Positions 52,721-63,188 of a stretch of 64,000 nucleotides of DNA are shown here, one piece after another; the first letter of the stretch is position 1, and the number at the start of each line of letters is the position of its first letter. Both the position numbers and the translations under genes were made by a program. Below the pieces are notes generated by a model that was given only the letters and a program-made list of their open reading frames with translations, searched no databases and was not told the DNA's origin. The DNA is from Candidatus Obscuribacteraceae bacterium (lineage in GTDB: Bacteria; Cyanobacteriota; Vampirovibrionia; Obscuribacterales; Obscuribacteraceae): the NCBI GenBank assembly GCA_044226015.1, contig JBGAHS010000004.1, positions 256,001 through 320,000 on the forward strand, in the 5' to 3' direction.

Positions 52721-54067
52721 CTATTTCTTCAAGCATTTCGTGCAGACAAAGTCTTCATAAGGTCCAAAGATAGGGTCGTTTTTTTCTAAAAACTTGCCTT
52801 TGATTTTGTTGTCACCACATACGGTGCAGGGGTTGCCGATGTACTTGTCTTGTCCGTAGTCTTCTCGCCGCATAGGTCGCTGACTCCAGAAGGTTCTCAG
52901 GAAATAATCGTTGGAAGCGGATAACTTTCCTCGTCCTTTCAAATAGTATACAAAGCTTTCGAATCGCTCTTCATCAAGTACGTCATCTGGGTAAGGTGCG
53001 CTTAGCACAGCAGGTTCCTTTTCCAGAAAAGCAGCAAACGAATGGAGGTGAGAAGGTCTTTCTTTGTACCATCCTGTATATTCTGTTATTAACTCATTCA
53101 TCAGCAGCTTGATTTCATAATAATCTCTCAAGTACGGTGCGACACAGGCTTGGGCATACTGTTCAATCTCTGATGCATTTTCTACAATCCACAGGTGCAA
53201 ATCTTCTGCATCGCTAAAACTGTAATCGGCAACGGGATTTTCCTCTTCGCCTCCCTGTTGATAAACAAATTCATTGCCACCACGGATGATGCCTTTGAAC
53301 GCAATGCCTACGTCAATACTCACCCAATTCGTGCCGTATAATCCTTTCCTGAAACCCACTGATACGCTCAGGTCTGATTTCTCTTTGCTTATTGGGAGAC
53401 GGAAGTAAACGGTGGGTCCATTACCCTTCGTTACTTCGTCAAGTGTCCAACTAGGAAACAGTTCTTTTACAGCTGCTTTTACCGTTGCAGTGAATGAGTT
53501 CGTTTTCCTTTTCGAATCGACTTGCTTGTCTTCTGGCGCCAAATTGTCAGAATCTTGTTCAACTGCAAAATTGCTTTCGTCTGAGCTAAATCCAGCTTCC
53601 TTCTCCCGTTCAATTTCCCCATCTAGCAGTGTATCGAAATCAGCCTGTGCAGTGCTCATGTTCATGCGCTGAAGGTAGCGTTGCAACGACTTACTAAACT
53701 TTGGCCAATTGTAGAATGGAATATTCTCGAGTGAGGCAATTAGCGCACGAAGTTTGCTTTCTTGCACTGATACATTTTGACGAAACAGTTCGGGCAACAA
53801 TTGTTCTAGCGCAGAGGCATTAGTTTGAAGACTCGCATTAAACTGCATTAGTAGATCAATGCTGACTGACGCGATTTTACTCCGCTCTTCCAGCGGTAGT
53901 TTTTTCAGTTTTGCCCAGGAATTGAGTTCTTTCAGTTTTGGACTGGCAAAACTGGACGAGTCTGCAACAGTGTATTCGTCGAGTAGCTCAGCCAGTGCCG
54001 GATTTGCCTCCAGCACCTTCAAAAGTTCGGGTGGTTTGTCGCCGTAGGCTCCAAAATCAGCGCACAT
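52721..54067 (-). CDS. Hypothetical protein with a C-terminal CxxC...CxxC zinc ribbon
   Basis: AGGAGAGG RBS before ATG 54067; CTVC and CTKC near the C-terminus. Confidence 0.65.
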   Translation of the reverse strand: MCADFGAYGDKPPELLKVLEANPALAELLDEYTVADSSSFASPKLKELNSWAKLKKLPLEERSKIASVSIDLLMQFNASLQTNASALEQLLPELFRQNVSVQESKLRALIASLENIPFYNWPKFSKSLQRYLQRMNMSTAQADFDTLLDGEIEREKEAGFSSDESNFAVEQDSDNLAPEDKQVDSKRKTNSFTATVKAAVKELFPSWTLDEVTKGNGPTVYFRLPISKEKSDLSVSVGFRKGLYGTNWVSIDVGIAFKGIIRGGNEFVYQQGGEEENPVADYSFSDAEDLHLWIVENASEIEQYAQACVAPYLRDYYEIKLLMNELITEYTGWYKERPSHLHSFAAFLEKEPAVLSAPYPDDVLDEERFESFVYYLKGRGKLSASNDYFLRTFWSQRPMRREDYGQDKYIGNPCTVCGDNKIKGKFLEKNDPIFGPYEDFVCTKCLKK

Positions 54068-54129
54068 TAATCCCTCTCCTGACTTATACTTTCCACCGTG
54101 CAAGGAAAGATAATCGAGAGATTGCGGAT

Positions 54130-55443
54130 TTATTTGCTTCCTACTGGAACAGGAGCCTTGAACTCGATCGGCAGGTCTTTCCAGCAATTTAAGTAATTAC
54201 GCTGCAACAGCGGTGTTTCATTTGCAAATCTAGTTGGTGAGTAGACTAGCGAACTTTCAAACATGAATGCAAGTGTATTGTCGAGATATGTTGGCTTCAA
54301 GTCAACAGAAACTGCTTTTGTGTATGTGAGAGTGTCAGGTCCGTGAGCAGACATCTGATTATGGAGACTTCCGCCACCTGGGATGAAACCTTCTTCCTTC
54401 GCATCATAAACGCCGAAAATAAGACCCATGTATTCACTCATGATGTTTCGATGATAATAAGGCGGACGGAACGTATCTTTGGCTACCATCCATCGCGGAG
54501 GAAATATCACGAAATCCACATTTGCCGTTCCTGGCATTTCTGATGGTGACGTAAGCACCGTGAAAATGCTCGGGTCTGGATGATCAAAGCTCACTGTATT
54601 GATTACATTGAAAAGGCTAAGGTCATATTTGTAAGGCGCATAATTTCCGTGCCATGCCACCACATCTAGTGGTGAATGGTCTATTTCCGCTTCCCACATA
54701 TTGCCCGCAAATTTGCAGAGCAGCTTGAACTTGCCTTTCTTTTCTTCGTAGTATGCAACCGGGGTTTGGAAGTCTCTCGGATTTGCTAAACCGTTTGCTC
54801 CTATGGGTCCCAGACCTGGTAATCTGAAAGATGCGCCGTAGTTTTCACAAATGTAGCCACGGGCTTCCTTTTCCAATACGTCAACCTGGTATTTGATGCC
54901 TTTGGGAACGACTGCTATGTCGCCCGGCTTGATGTCTAACAAACCCATTTCCGTGCGCAGTCTGAGCGCTCCCTTTTCTGGAACGAAAAGAAAGTCGCCG
55001 TCCGCGTTATAGAAGTAGCGGTCGCCCATTGATTTGTTGCAAGAATAGACATGCACCGCGCTGCCTTTGCAGCTTCCATAACCGCCATTTCCTGCAAAGG
55101 TGACTAGCCCATCGAGGAAGTCGGTTGGCTTGCTTGGTATTGGAACTGGATCCCACCGCAATTGATTTGGAGTTGCTGGCACGTCGTTAAACGGCTTGTG
55201 TTCTAGCGAATCGCACTTGATCATTTTGAATTCGCCATGCAAAACAGATGGACGAATTCTATATAACCAGGTGCGCAAATTCTCATTGCGAGCCGCAGTG
55301 AAAGCTGAACCGCTTAACTGTTCCGCGAAGAGACCATGGGGAACTCGTTGCGGAGAGTTCTTTCCTTTGGGAAGAGTACCCTCATAAACTTCAGTCTCGA
55401 AGTGATTCCCAAATCCACTCAAGTACTTCAATTCACTGGACAT
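54130..55443 (-). CDS. hmgA: Homogentisate 1,2-dioxygenase
   Basis: YLSGFGNHF, AEQLSGSAFT, GPIGANGLANPRDF, FDHPDPSIFTVLT and RPPYYHRN motifs. Confidence 0.97.
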   Translation of the reverse strand: MSSELKYLSGFGNHFETEVYEGTLPKGKNSPQRVPHGLFAEQLSGSAFTAARNENLRTWLYRIRPSVLHGEFKMIKCDSLEHKPFNDVPATPNQLRWDPVPIPSKPTDFLDGLVTFAGNGGYGSCKGSAVHVYSCNKSMGDRYFYNADGDFLFVPEKGALRLRTEMGLLDIKPGDIAVVPKGIKYQVDVLEKEARGYICENYGASFRLPGLGPIGANGLANPRDFQTPVAYYEEKKGKFKLLCKFAGNMWEAEIDHSPLDVVAWHGNYAPYKYDLSLFNVINTVSFDHPDPSIFTVLTSPSEMPGTANVDFVIFPPRWMVAKDTFRPPYYHRNIMSEYMGLIFGVYDAKEEGFIPGGGSLHNQMSAHGPDTLTYTKAVSVDLKPTYLDNTLAFMFESSLVYSPTRFANETPLLQRNYLNCWKDLPIEFKAPVPVGSK

Positions 55444-55482
55444 GATTTTTCCTTCCACTGCGTCTGCAATTGTAGAGTCGAG

Positions 55483-56607
55483 CTAGAGATTGCCTCTGAT
55501 AGCTTGTTCTCTTTCGATAGATTCGAAAAGTGCCTTGAAATTGCCTTTTCCAAAGCCCTTAGCACCTTTGCGCTGAATGACTTCGAAGAACAATGTTGGG
55601 CGATCTTCCACTGGTTTGGTGAAGATCTGCAGCAAATAACCATCTGACTCTCTGTCTACAAGTATGCCAAGATTGTACAAAGTCTCGATGTCTTCATCGA
55701 TTTTGCCGACGCGCTCTTCCAGAGTGTCATAGTATGAGCGTGGAACAGTGAGGAATTCTATGCCTCTAGCGTGCAATTCACCGACTGTTTTGATGATATC
55801 TGCAGTAGAAACGGCAATGTGTTGAACACCACCTGCGGTGTAGAAATCTAGATATTCTTGAATTTGTGATTTCTTCAATCCAACGGCTGGCTCGTTAATA
55901 GGCATCTTGATTGAGCCAGCTTTATTAGCCATTACTTTGGAAACCAGTGCTGAGTATTGGGTGCTGATGTCGTTTGCATCGAAGCCCTGGTAGACGTAAA
56001 ATCCGAATACCTTTTGATAGTAGTCGACCCAATATTCCATCTTATCAGTTTCAACATTGCCAACAATGTGGTCGATGATGAGCAAACCTGCGCTGTTGCC
56101 TTTCTTGTCGATAGCTTTGTATCCGGGAGCAAAAGCGCCTTTGTAAGCATGACGTTCGACGAAAGTGTGTATGGTGTCACCGTATGTTTTCACTGTCGCA
56201 GTGACGAATCTTCCGTTTTCATCTTCCACTACTTTTGGTTCTTCCATGCTGACTGCGCCGCGCGAGATTGCGGTTTCATAAGCCTTCTTCGCATCTTTGA
56301 CGCGGAAGCCAATGTTCTTTACGCCGTCACCGTGTGCCAAGACATGCTTGCCGATTTCGGAGTCAGCGGTGAGTCCCGTTGTGAGAACAAGGTTCACATT
56401 CTTTTGTCTGAGAACGTACGAAGCCTTGTCTCTGCTGCCTGTTTCAAGTCCTCTGTATGCAACAACATCAAAGCCAAAGCCTTTGTGATAGTAGTAGCAA
56501 GCTTGCTTTGCATTGCCGACATAGAACTCGACGAAGTCGAACCCTTCGATGGCAATTTCCTCAGCTCGCGATGTTGCTGACGACTTTTCAATAGTTTCTC
56601 TTGTCAT
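55483..56607 (-). CDS. hppD: 4-hydroxyphenylpyruvate dioxygenase
   Basis: IDHIVGNV, SQIQEYL, GVQHIA, LLQIFTKP and FFEVIQRKG..GFGKGNFKALF motifs. Confidence 0.97.
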   Translation of the reverse strand: MTRETIEKSSATSRAEEIAIEGFDFVEFYVGNAKQACYYYHKGFGFDVVAYRGLETGSRDKASYVLRQKNVNLVLTTGLTADSEIGKHVLAHGDGVKNIGFRVKDAKKAYETAISRGAVSMEEPKVVEDENGRFVTATVKTYGDTIHTFVERHAYKGAFAPGYKAIDKKGNSAGLLIIDHIVGNVETDKMEYWVDYYQKVFGFYVYQGFDANDISTQYSALVSKVMANKAGSIKMPINEPAVGLKKSQIQEYLDFYTAGGVQHIAVSTADIIKTVGELHARGIEFLTVPRSYYDTLEERVGKIDEDIETLYNLGILVDRESDGYLLQIFTKPVEDRPTLFFEVIQRKGAKGFGKGNFKALFESIEREQAIRGNL

Positions 56608-56918
56608 TTGCTTCCCCTCGTGCAAGCATAGCTACCAGGTCGGCTCCTACTGGAGCGCTTTTCATATGGCAGTAATAATTTTACGACAGATTCAACAGCA
56701 TTCACTACTTCATAAGGATGATTTCGTTTGGTTAAGTCCCTGAGTCCAAGCGGATTTCTGAATGCTGTCTTATCCAACTGGCAATATCGCTTCTTTAATT
56801 GCTTCGCTCTTTCTCAATCGGTTGCTGATTTCCTAGAATTAGAAGTTCAAATCAATCCGGTTTTTGTCATTTATTTGAATGATGCGGCTAGAATTGAAAG
56901 AACCAACCAGGGGGCTTT

Positions 56919-57647
56919 ATGAAACGTCAGGCGTTACTGCTACTTTGTTCGCTAGGGCTGCTTTTCGGCTGTTCAAAAGCCCAGGTATCAAAAGATAGTT
57001 TGTCTGAGGTCAAGGTTGATACCGTCCAACACTCATCTAGCGACAAGGTAGCAAGCGCGGCAAATGCGGGTCCTGGCGAAAAATTTGACCCGGTTGAGGA
57101 CGAGTTGATTAGCAAAGAAACGCTGAAAGCCTGGAGAAAAGCTCTTTCCCATGATGAGCAAGAAGGACTCTCAGATACTGAATGGAAAGACGCCAGAGTT
57201 AAAGATGAAGAAGAGTCGATGGCATCTCTAAAGCAGTTGTCGGAGGGTCATCCAAATTCTAGCTATATCAAAACAATGATGGGGCAGGTAAAGCAACACT
57301 TTGGCAAAAAAGAAGAGGCTGCTGCCTATTATGAGGAAGCGCTGCTGCAAAATCGGAAAGACCCTGTGTTGATCTTCAAAGCTGCTGAGATGCGTCGCAA
57401 GAGTGGAAACAACAAGCAGGCATCGCTTTATTACAGTCAGGTCTTGAAGATTCAGCCAGATTTTCCTGGTGCAGAGCTGGGGCTAGCTAAATGCAAACTG
57501 GCTGATGCAAGCACTGCTGCTGATGGACGCAAGCTATTGGAAGATCTTGTCCAGAAAAATCCGGATGATGATAAGGCGAAAGCCGCACTCGATGAGCTGA
57601 AGAGCGGTAAAAGCAATGATGCTAAGAGAGAGTCTGGTTCCAAGTAA
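56919..57647 (+). CDS. TPR lipoprotein
   Basis: Lipobox LFGC and TPR-like helices. Confidence 0.75.
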   Translation: MKRQALLLLCSLGLLFGCSKAQVSKDSLSEVKVDTVQHSSSDKVASAANAGPGEKFDPVEDELISKETLKAWRKALSHDEQEGLSDTEWKDARVKDEEESMASLKQLSEGHPNSSYIKTMMGQVKQHFGKKEEAAAYYEEALLQNRKDPVLIFKAAEMRRKSGNNKQASLYYSQVLKIQPDFPGAELGLAKCKLADASTAADGRKLLEDLVQKNPDDDKAKAALDELKSGKSNDAKRESGSK

Positions 57648-57689
57648 AGCGAGTTGTTTGGTTCGCTTATTGCTAGACCTTATATTCGG

Positions 57690-57840
57690 TTGAATGTCGA
57701 GTTGATAATCTACAGCGCAAGCTCCACGTTCCCGCACCGGCGGCCGCTGTCCTTGTGGGACTTCCCTCCGATGAGCGCGATCCAGGCGGGACTCCATTGA
57801 GCGCCTCCAGGCGAGGAGCAATTCTGCTGATTCCAGCAAG
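57690..57840 (-). ncRNA. Putative structured ncRNA, 6S RNA-like
   Basis: GC-rich intergenic segment that folds by eye into a long imperfect rod, with a TTGAAT-N17-TATAAA promoter at 57874-57846. Ends are approximate. Confidence 0.45.
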
Positions 57841-57904
57841 AACCATTTATAGTGAGCCGCAGGGACTAATTCAAATAGATGGAACTTTATAGATAGAACT
57901 GTGA

Positions 57905-58672
57905 CTATGGAAGCAGGTTGGTATGACCCATTCCGCGTACTTCTTTTGAGTCTTTAAGTTTTGCCTGAGCAATACTGCGCTTCGTATTAGGAGTCGGCAG
58001 CGGAGCCGGCATCACGTCCATTTCTTCTTCAATGTTAGCCATTTCTGGCTCAGGAGTCGAAGTCTGAACCTGTTGATGTTGCGACTTTGAAAGCACGAGC
58101 ATGTTATGAATGCGAGCGGATACTTTTGCTCTGAATTTCTCGGGCACACCACCTTCGTAGGTCAGGTCAACCAGAGTGCGTGCAGCTTGGTAGTATTCGC
58201 CGCGCTTTTCATAAGCTTCAGAAAGCGCTACCCGGAGTAAAAGCTCTTTTGGCTTTTCCTTCTCGAGCTTGGTCAATTTTGCAATTGCATCGTCAAGAAT
58301 TGCGGTATCGTCTGTAGTGGCTGTCAATTGATGGTATGCCACCCACAAAGCATTGTCTAGTTCGATCGCCTTGCGATATTCATTTATAGCTGCTGAAATA
58401 CGATTCTCTTTGCGATAAACCTCACCAAGCTTGTAGTGCAGGTTCGCGTCATTTGGTTTCAGAAGCAAATCCGTTTTCAGCTGTTTCACTTCAGCTTGTG
58501 CTTGCTCAGGTGTAACTGGAATCAGCTTGGGCGCCCGAACCGGAGTCTTTAGCTTATCTCCGTTTGGAACGTGAGGCGCTGCCGAAATGTCATCTCCGGA
58601 CGCAAAGCACGGCGCCGCTGCAATTAAGCTGATGACCGTTGAGCAAATTATGTTTGTAGAACTCTTCCGCAT
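57905..58672 (-). CDS. Secreted TPR protein
   Basis: Signal peptide and the TPR unit PNDANLHYKLGEVY...AAINEYRKAIELD. Confidence 0.75.
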   Translation of the reverse strand: MRKSSTNIICSTVISLIAAAPCFASGDDISAAPHVPNGDKLKTPVRAPKLIPVTPEQAQAEVKQLKTDLLLKPNDANLHYKLGEVYRKENRISAAINEYRKAIELDNALWVAYHQLTATTDDTAILDDAIAKLTKLEKEKPKELLLRVALSEAYEKRGEYYQAARTLVDLTYEGGVPEKFRAKVSARIHNMLVLSKSQHQQVQTSTPEPEMANIEEEMDVMPAPLPTPNTKRSIAQAKLKDSKEVRGMGHTNLLP

Positions 58673-58790
58673 GATCGGGGCCTTTCTGGGTCCAGGGATG
58701 TCGTCCCTTAGGGACCTTGTATACTCCGGTTATATATTGGAAACTCCGGTATACTCTCTGAAATTGGCTTTTTTGTCAATCAGAGCGGTC

Positions 58791-59015
58791 TTATACTTTG
58801 CGAACAGTGATTCGGAAGTGCCCTTCTTCATGTTCATTTTGAGCAAGAATTTCGTGCCCTTCCTGCGTCAAGCTCTGGCAGACATTGATTACAGGCTCTC
58901 CGGCGTCAAGCAGAACATGCAAGAGATCACCCACCGGAAGCTTATCTAAAAATAATTTGGTCTTTACAAAATTCATGGGGCAAGCAACTCCCCTCATGTC
59001 TATTTCGTGTTCCAT
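58791..59015 (-). CDS. TusA/SirA-family sulfur carrier
   Basis: IDMRGVACPMNFVKTK (CPx motif). Confidence 0.85.
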   Translation of the reverse strand: MEHEIDMRGVACPMNFVKTKLFLDKLPVGDLLHVLLDAGEPVINVCQSLTQEGHEILAQNEHEEGHFRITVRKV

Positions 59016-59028
59016 TCTTAAGCGCCTC

Positions 59029-59337
59029 TCATTCTGGCTGGAAGCAGGTCTTAGGGATACAGGTTTCTTTGAAAGGGCAGTAGTCTTCGTTTTCGTAGCG
59101 ATTCCACGGTTTTATAAAGCAGTCTCTCTTCCTTATAAAAGGAATGACTGCTTCCATGATGTCTTCTCTAGATCTTTCCGTGTCCTCGGCAAGGCATGCA
59201 AGGCACAATGTTCTTTCGGTGTAACCAAGTGCCATTGAAATTAGCTGCTGCCGCAGACAGACCTCCTTTTGGCATACATCACAAGTGGATGATACGTCCG
59301 GAAGTAATCCTACTTTTTCGGCGAGTGGGTTGTTCAT
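59029..59337 (-). CDS. Small Cys-rich hypothetical protein
   Basis: CDVC, CLAC and C-terminal cysteines. Co-oriented with the TusA-like gene. Confidence 0.6.
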   Translation of the reverse strand: MNNPLAEKVGLLPDVSSTCDVCQKEVCLRQQLISMALGYTERTLCLACLAEDTERSREDIMEAVIPFIRKRDCFIKPWNRYENEDYCPFKETCIPKTCFQPE

Positions 59338-59506
59338 GAGGCTATTATAGTGCTGTGAATCGGCTTCGGACAATCTGCGAATGCCAATCACGAAGCTTTG
59401 AAAAGTTCGTCTCGAATCTTTCAAGACGCTTGCATGTTCGCGGAGAACTCAGTGCAGTGCGGTTCATTGCTGCTAAAATTGCAGCACCCGAGGAGGAGAG
59501 CGTCCC

Positions 59507-61201
59507 ATGGCTAATGATGAACTGATAGATGTACTTATTGTTGGCGCAGGACCGACAGGGTTGACGCTAGCCTGTGAACTCGCTCGTCGTGATATCAATA
59601 TCAAAATCATCGATAAGCTGGATAAGCCAGGTGATAAATCGAAGGCGCTTGTTCTGCACGCGCGCTCCCTCGAATTGCTCGATATGATGGGCGCCTTGCC
59701 AGCATTCATGGAGAATGGAACCCCAATAACCGGGGTGAATATTTTTGATTCTGATAAACGAATCGCGCATTTGTCTTTAGATCAAATTGATAGCCCGTAT
59801 CCCTACGCGCTGGGAATTCCGCAGTGCACCACAGAGCGACTTCTTTATGAGTTTCTTCAGGCTCATGGACGCGAAGTTGATAGGAACGTTGAGCTCATTG
59901 CTGTCGAAGACAAAGGCGACCATGTTATTGCTAGAGTGAAGACTTCGGGTTCTGAGACAGAACTAAAATGCAGATATCTGGTCGCTTGCGATGGTGCGCA
60001 CAGCACAACAAGGCACGCTATCAATGAGCCTTATGAAGGTGGCGAGTACAGGGAAGATTTTCAGCTCGCTGATGTTGAAGTCGATTGTGGCGACAGGCAC
60101 AAAGCCAATGAGATTTTTGCTTTCTCTAGCGGAAGTGGTAACGCCGCGTTTTTTCCAATGCCGGGAAATCGATGGAGAGTCGCTGTTGTGCTGCCTGAGC
60201 CACTTTCAGAGGAAGCGCTCAAACGACAACCCGCGCTTGAGGAAATTCAAGCGAAAGTCGATCAGGTTGTGCCATATAAATTGCGACTTTCTGACCCGCA
60301 TTGGCTTGCAAATTTCAAAATTCGTTATCGCAAGGTCAAGCACTATCGCCACAACCGTGTATTCCTGGCGGGAGATGCCGCACACTGCCATAGTCCGGTG
60401 GGCGGTCAGGGGATGAACACTGGAATGCAAGATTCATTCAACCTGGGTTGGAAACTCGCTCTGGCTGTGCAAGGACTTGCCAGCGAGGCTTTGCTTGATA
60501 GCTATCATTTTGAGCGAAATGCCGTAGCGGTGCAGCTGTTGCATACAGTTGATATGATGACTCGTGTTAATTTGCTTCGAGCTCCGATTGCTCGTGAAAT
60601 AAGAAATCGCTTGGCACCATTTTTGGTGTCACAGGAGGGAGTGCAGTCTCGTCTGCGCAATTTCATGTCTGAAATTGGCATTAACTACAGGCGCAGTCCA
60701 GTTGTGTCTGAGGTGAAACGCAGCCTCGTAAGTACGGCGATGAGTGGCAAAGATTCTCAAACAAAAGTAGGCGATTGGTTTGAGTTCTCTCAAGGACCAC
60801 ATGCTGGTGACCGTGCAATCGATGCAAGTATATGCACTTGTGATGGCGACAACATGCACTTGATGAGCTTGTTTAGAAGTACCAAGCATCATTTGTTGCT
60901 CTTCACTGGCGATAGTCCGAGTTCGCATACGTACTCAGAATTGTGTGAATTTGCAAACAAGGCATACGAAAAATATTCTGACTTTCTTGATGTTAGCCTC
61001 ATTTCCTCAGAGGAAGAGCCGACTTGTGAGTTAAATATATTAGGGAAACGCTTGTCCGATCCTGATTATTCTGCTCATGAAAGGTATGGTGCGGGTGCTT
61101 CGTGTCTCTATCTCATAAGACCTGATACCTATGTCGGATTGCGCTGCCAACCTACAGATTTCACGGCACTAGAAAATTATTTTTCTACGATATTACACTG
61201 A
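59507..61201 (+). CDS. FAD-dependent monooxygenase (aromatic hydroxylase family)
   Basis: GAGPTG, ACDGAHS, FLAGDAAHCHSPVGGQGMNTGMQD and LIRPD.YV motifs. Confidence 0.92.
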   Translation: MANDELIDVLIVGAGPTGLTLACELARRDINIKIIDKLDKPGDKSKALVLHARSLELLDMMGALPAFMENGTPITGVNIFDSDKRIAHLSLDQIDSPYPYALGIPQCTTERLLYEFLQAHGREVDRNVELIAVEDKGDHVIARVKTSGSETELKCRYLVACDGAHSTTRHAINEPYEGGEYREDFQLADVEVDCGDRHKANEIFAFSSGSGNAAFFPMPGNRWRVAVVLPEPLSEEALKRQPALEEIQAKVDQVVPYKLRLSDPHWLANFKIRYRKVKHYRHNRVFLAGDAAHCHSPVGGQGMNTGMQDSFNLGWKLALAVQGLASEALLDSYHFERNAVAVQLLHTVDMMTRVNLLRAPIAREIRNRLAPFLVSQEGVQSRLRNFMSEIGINYRRSPVVSEVKRSLVSTAMSGKDSQTKVGDWFEFSQGPHAGDRAIDASICTCDGDNMHLMSLFRSTKHHLLLFTGDSPSSHTYSELCEFANKAYEKYSDFLDVSLISSEEEPTCELNILGKRLSDPDYSAHERYGAGASCLYLIRPDTYVGLRCQPTDFTALENYFSTILH

Positions 61202-61217
61202 CGTTTGGCTGTGCTCG

Positions 61218-61946
61218 ATGGATTTGCTTAAGCGAACTAAGAAACGAGAAACTTTCGGTGCATGCAGGAAAATGCATCTAATTATGTCTTTTGCAGCTTG
61301 TCTTTTCGTTTGGTTTTACACTCCATTCTCTATCGCACTCAGCCCTGCTGCACTTTCGCAAGAGCCACCAGCCGTGGTTTTGCGTCGTGGCACTCAATTG
61401 ATCGACTCAGGTCGCTTGCAAGATGCTCTGAGCGTGTTTCAAGGCTTTACCCGCAGCCGTCCATCTGATGGACGTGGCTATTTTTGGATGGGCGTCTGCT
61501 ACGACGAAATGGGAAATTACCTTGCAGCAACGCAGGCTTATCACGATGGGCTCAATAAAGCCGAGCAGTCAGGAATGGATTCGAGTGAAATGAGAATGAA
61601 CCTCGGCAATGTTCTCTTGAAGCAAAATCAGGTTGATTTAGCAATCGAGGCTTTTCAGCGAGCTCTTGAAATTAATCCCGCCTATGGATTAGCTGCCCTA
61701 AATCTAGGTCGAGCTTATATTGCTAAGGGTGACTACAATTCTGCACTTTCCTCATTCGACAAATGTAAGGAACTGCGATTTTACGTCAGGCAACTGCCGT
61801 ACTATAAAGCGAAGGCTTTGCTTGGTCTTGGCAAAAACGACGAGGCTGCAAGCCTTATAAAACGGCTGCTTCAAGACTTGCCGGAGGGCAGCGCAAAGCA
61901 AGAAATAGTGCAAGAATTTCAATCTTGTTTGAATTCGCAGAAATAA
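61218..61946 (+). CDS. TPR protein
   Basis: NLGNVLLKQNQVDLAIEAFQRALEINP and related units. The start may be the internal Met at 61272. Confidence 0.8.
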   Translation: MDLLKRTKKRETFGACRKMHLIMSFAACLFVWFYTPFSIALSPAALSQEPPAVVLRRGTQLIDSGRLQDALSVFQGFTRSRPSDGRGYFWMGVCYDEMGNYLAATQAYHDGLNKAEQSGMDSSEMRMNLGNVLLKQNQVDLAIEAFQRALEINPAYGLAALNLGRAYIAKGDYNSALSSFDKCKELRFYVRQLPYYKAKALLGLGKNDEAASLIKRLLQDLPEGSAKQEIVQEFQSCLNSQK

Positions 61947-62045
61947 AAAACCTAAATCGCTCCTTATCCTCAGCATTTTTTGCATACACTAAGCTATGCT
62001 TGCCGAGTTATTTTAGTGTTTGATTGAGCCGATTTAAGGAAAGCG

Positions 62046-63188
62046 ATGGCAAGCAAAAAGCAGGAGTATAGAAGCGAAAGCGATTCACTCGGAGAAATCG
62101 CTGTACCAGTCTCGGCTTATTGGGGCGTGAGGACAGCTAGATATTTGCAAAACGCTGCCAAGGTTCAGTCGACCAATCCGCGCTTTCTTGAAGCTGCATT
62201 GCTTGTGCATAAAGCCCATGCTCAGGCGAACGCTGATGCTGGTCGAGTCGAGCGATCGATAGGTAGAACGCTCAGTCAGACTGTTGATGAGATTCTCTCA
62301 GGGCAATGGCGCGAACAATTCGTTGTCTCATTGTTGCAACCAAATGCGGTATCAGATTATATAGCTAATATAAGGGAAGTGTTGGCTAATCGAGCGGGTG
62401 AAATTCTCGGAGCTGCTCCAGGTTCTTACAGTATTGTTCATCCTGAAATGCATGTTGGTTTGAGCCGTAAACCAGCAGAAGATTTTTCAATGGCCTTGCG
62501 CATAGCATTACTTTTTCTCTTGAAAGATCTTGAAGTGCCATTGCGAGATCTCGAACGCTTGCTTCGCAGAAAAGCACTTGATTTTGATCGCTTTTCCAAG
62601 AGCGAAAATGGCGCCAGCAGTAATGAATTGGCACACTCTCTAAATGCCAGTGGTGCCGACGTTGCTAAAATATGCAGGCGCATTCAAGATTTGTCATGCA
62701 ATCTAAACGAGATTCCATTTTGTAAGAATGCTGGTACTGAATATGGTGCTGACGCCCTGCAAGCTAAATTGGTTTGCGAGCAACTTTCGTCTATCACAGG
62801 TTTCAATTTGCGTGTCGTCGATGAGTCCGTACGATTTCAATCTAATAGTGACTTCGTTGAATTTTCCGCTGGCTTGCGTCTTCTTTCGTTGACATTAAAC
62901 AATATTCTTCAAGATAAGCCAGAGTTTGTGCCTCAAGCAATTTCGGATTTTATGAGCGCAGTTTCTTACCAGGTAGTCTCCTTGGATGCTGCGCTTGCAT
63001 CTCTGGCCCAGTCAGGCTTACTTCGCAGTGAGGCTTTCATGGCATTAGCGGCGCAAAATATTTTGCTCTCTGTTGATTTGCTTAGGCAGTGTATTAGTTT
63101 GTTTAATCAACAGTGTATAAATGGATCAGGAACGGCTTTCAAACTAAGTTCTAATGATCGCCCTTCGAATCTTGCAATGTCGATTTGA
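62046..63188 (+). CDS. Divergent aspartase/fumarase-fold protein
   Basis: The N-terminus RSESDSLGEIAVPVSAYWGVRTAR and EVLANRA are family-like, but the catalytic signatures are absent. Confidence 0.65.
   Translation: MASKKQEYRSESDSLGEIAVPVSAYWGVRTARYLQNAAKVQSTNPRFLEAALLVHKAHAQANADAGRVERSIGRTLSQTVDEILSGQWREQFVVSLLQPNAVSDYIANIREVLANRAGEILGAAPGSYSIVHPEMHVGLSRKPAEDFSMALRIALLFLLKDLEVPLRDLERLLRRKALDFDRFSKSENGASSNELAHSLNASGADVAKICRRIQDLSCNLNEIPFCKNAGTEYGADALQAKLVCEQLSSITGFNLRVVDESVRFQSNSDFVEFSAGLRLLSLTLNNILQDKPEFVPQAISDFMSAVSYQVVSLDAALASLAQSGLLRSEAFMALAAQNILLSVDLLRQCISLFNQQCINGSGTAFKLSSNDRPSNLAMSI

Noticed and set aside
57690..57840. SRP RNA, tmRNA or RNase P RNA
   Set aside because: The segment lacks the SRP GGAA-tetraloop domain and tRNA-like ends, and is too short for tmRNA or RNase P RNA.
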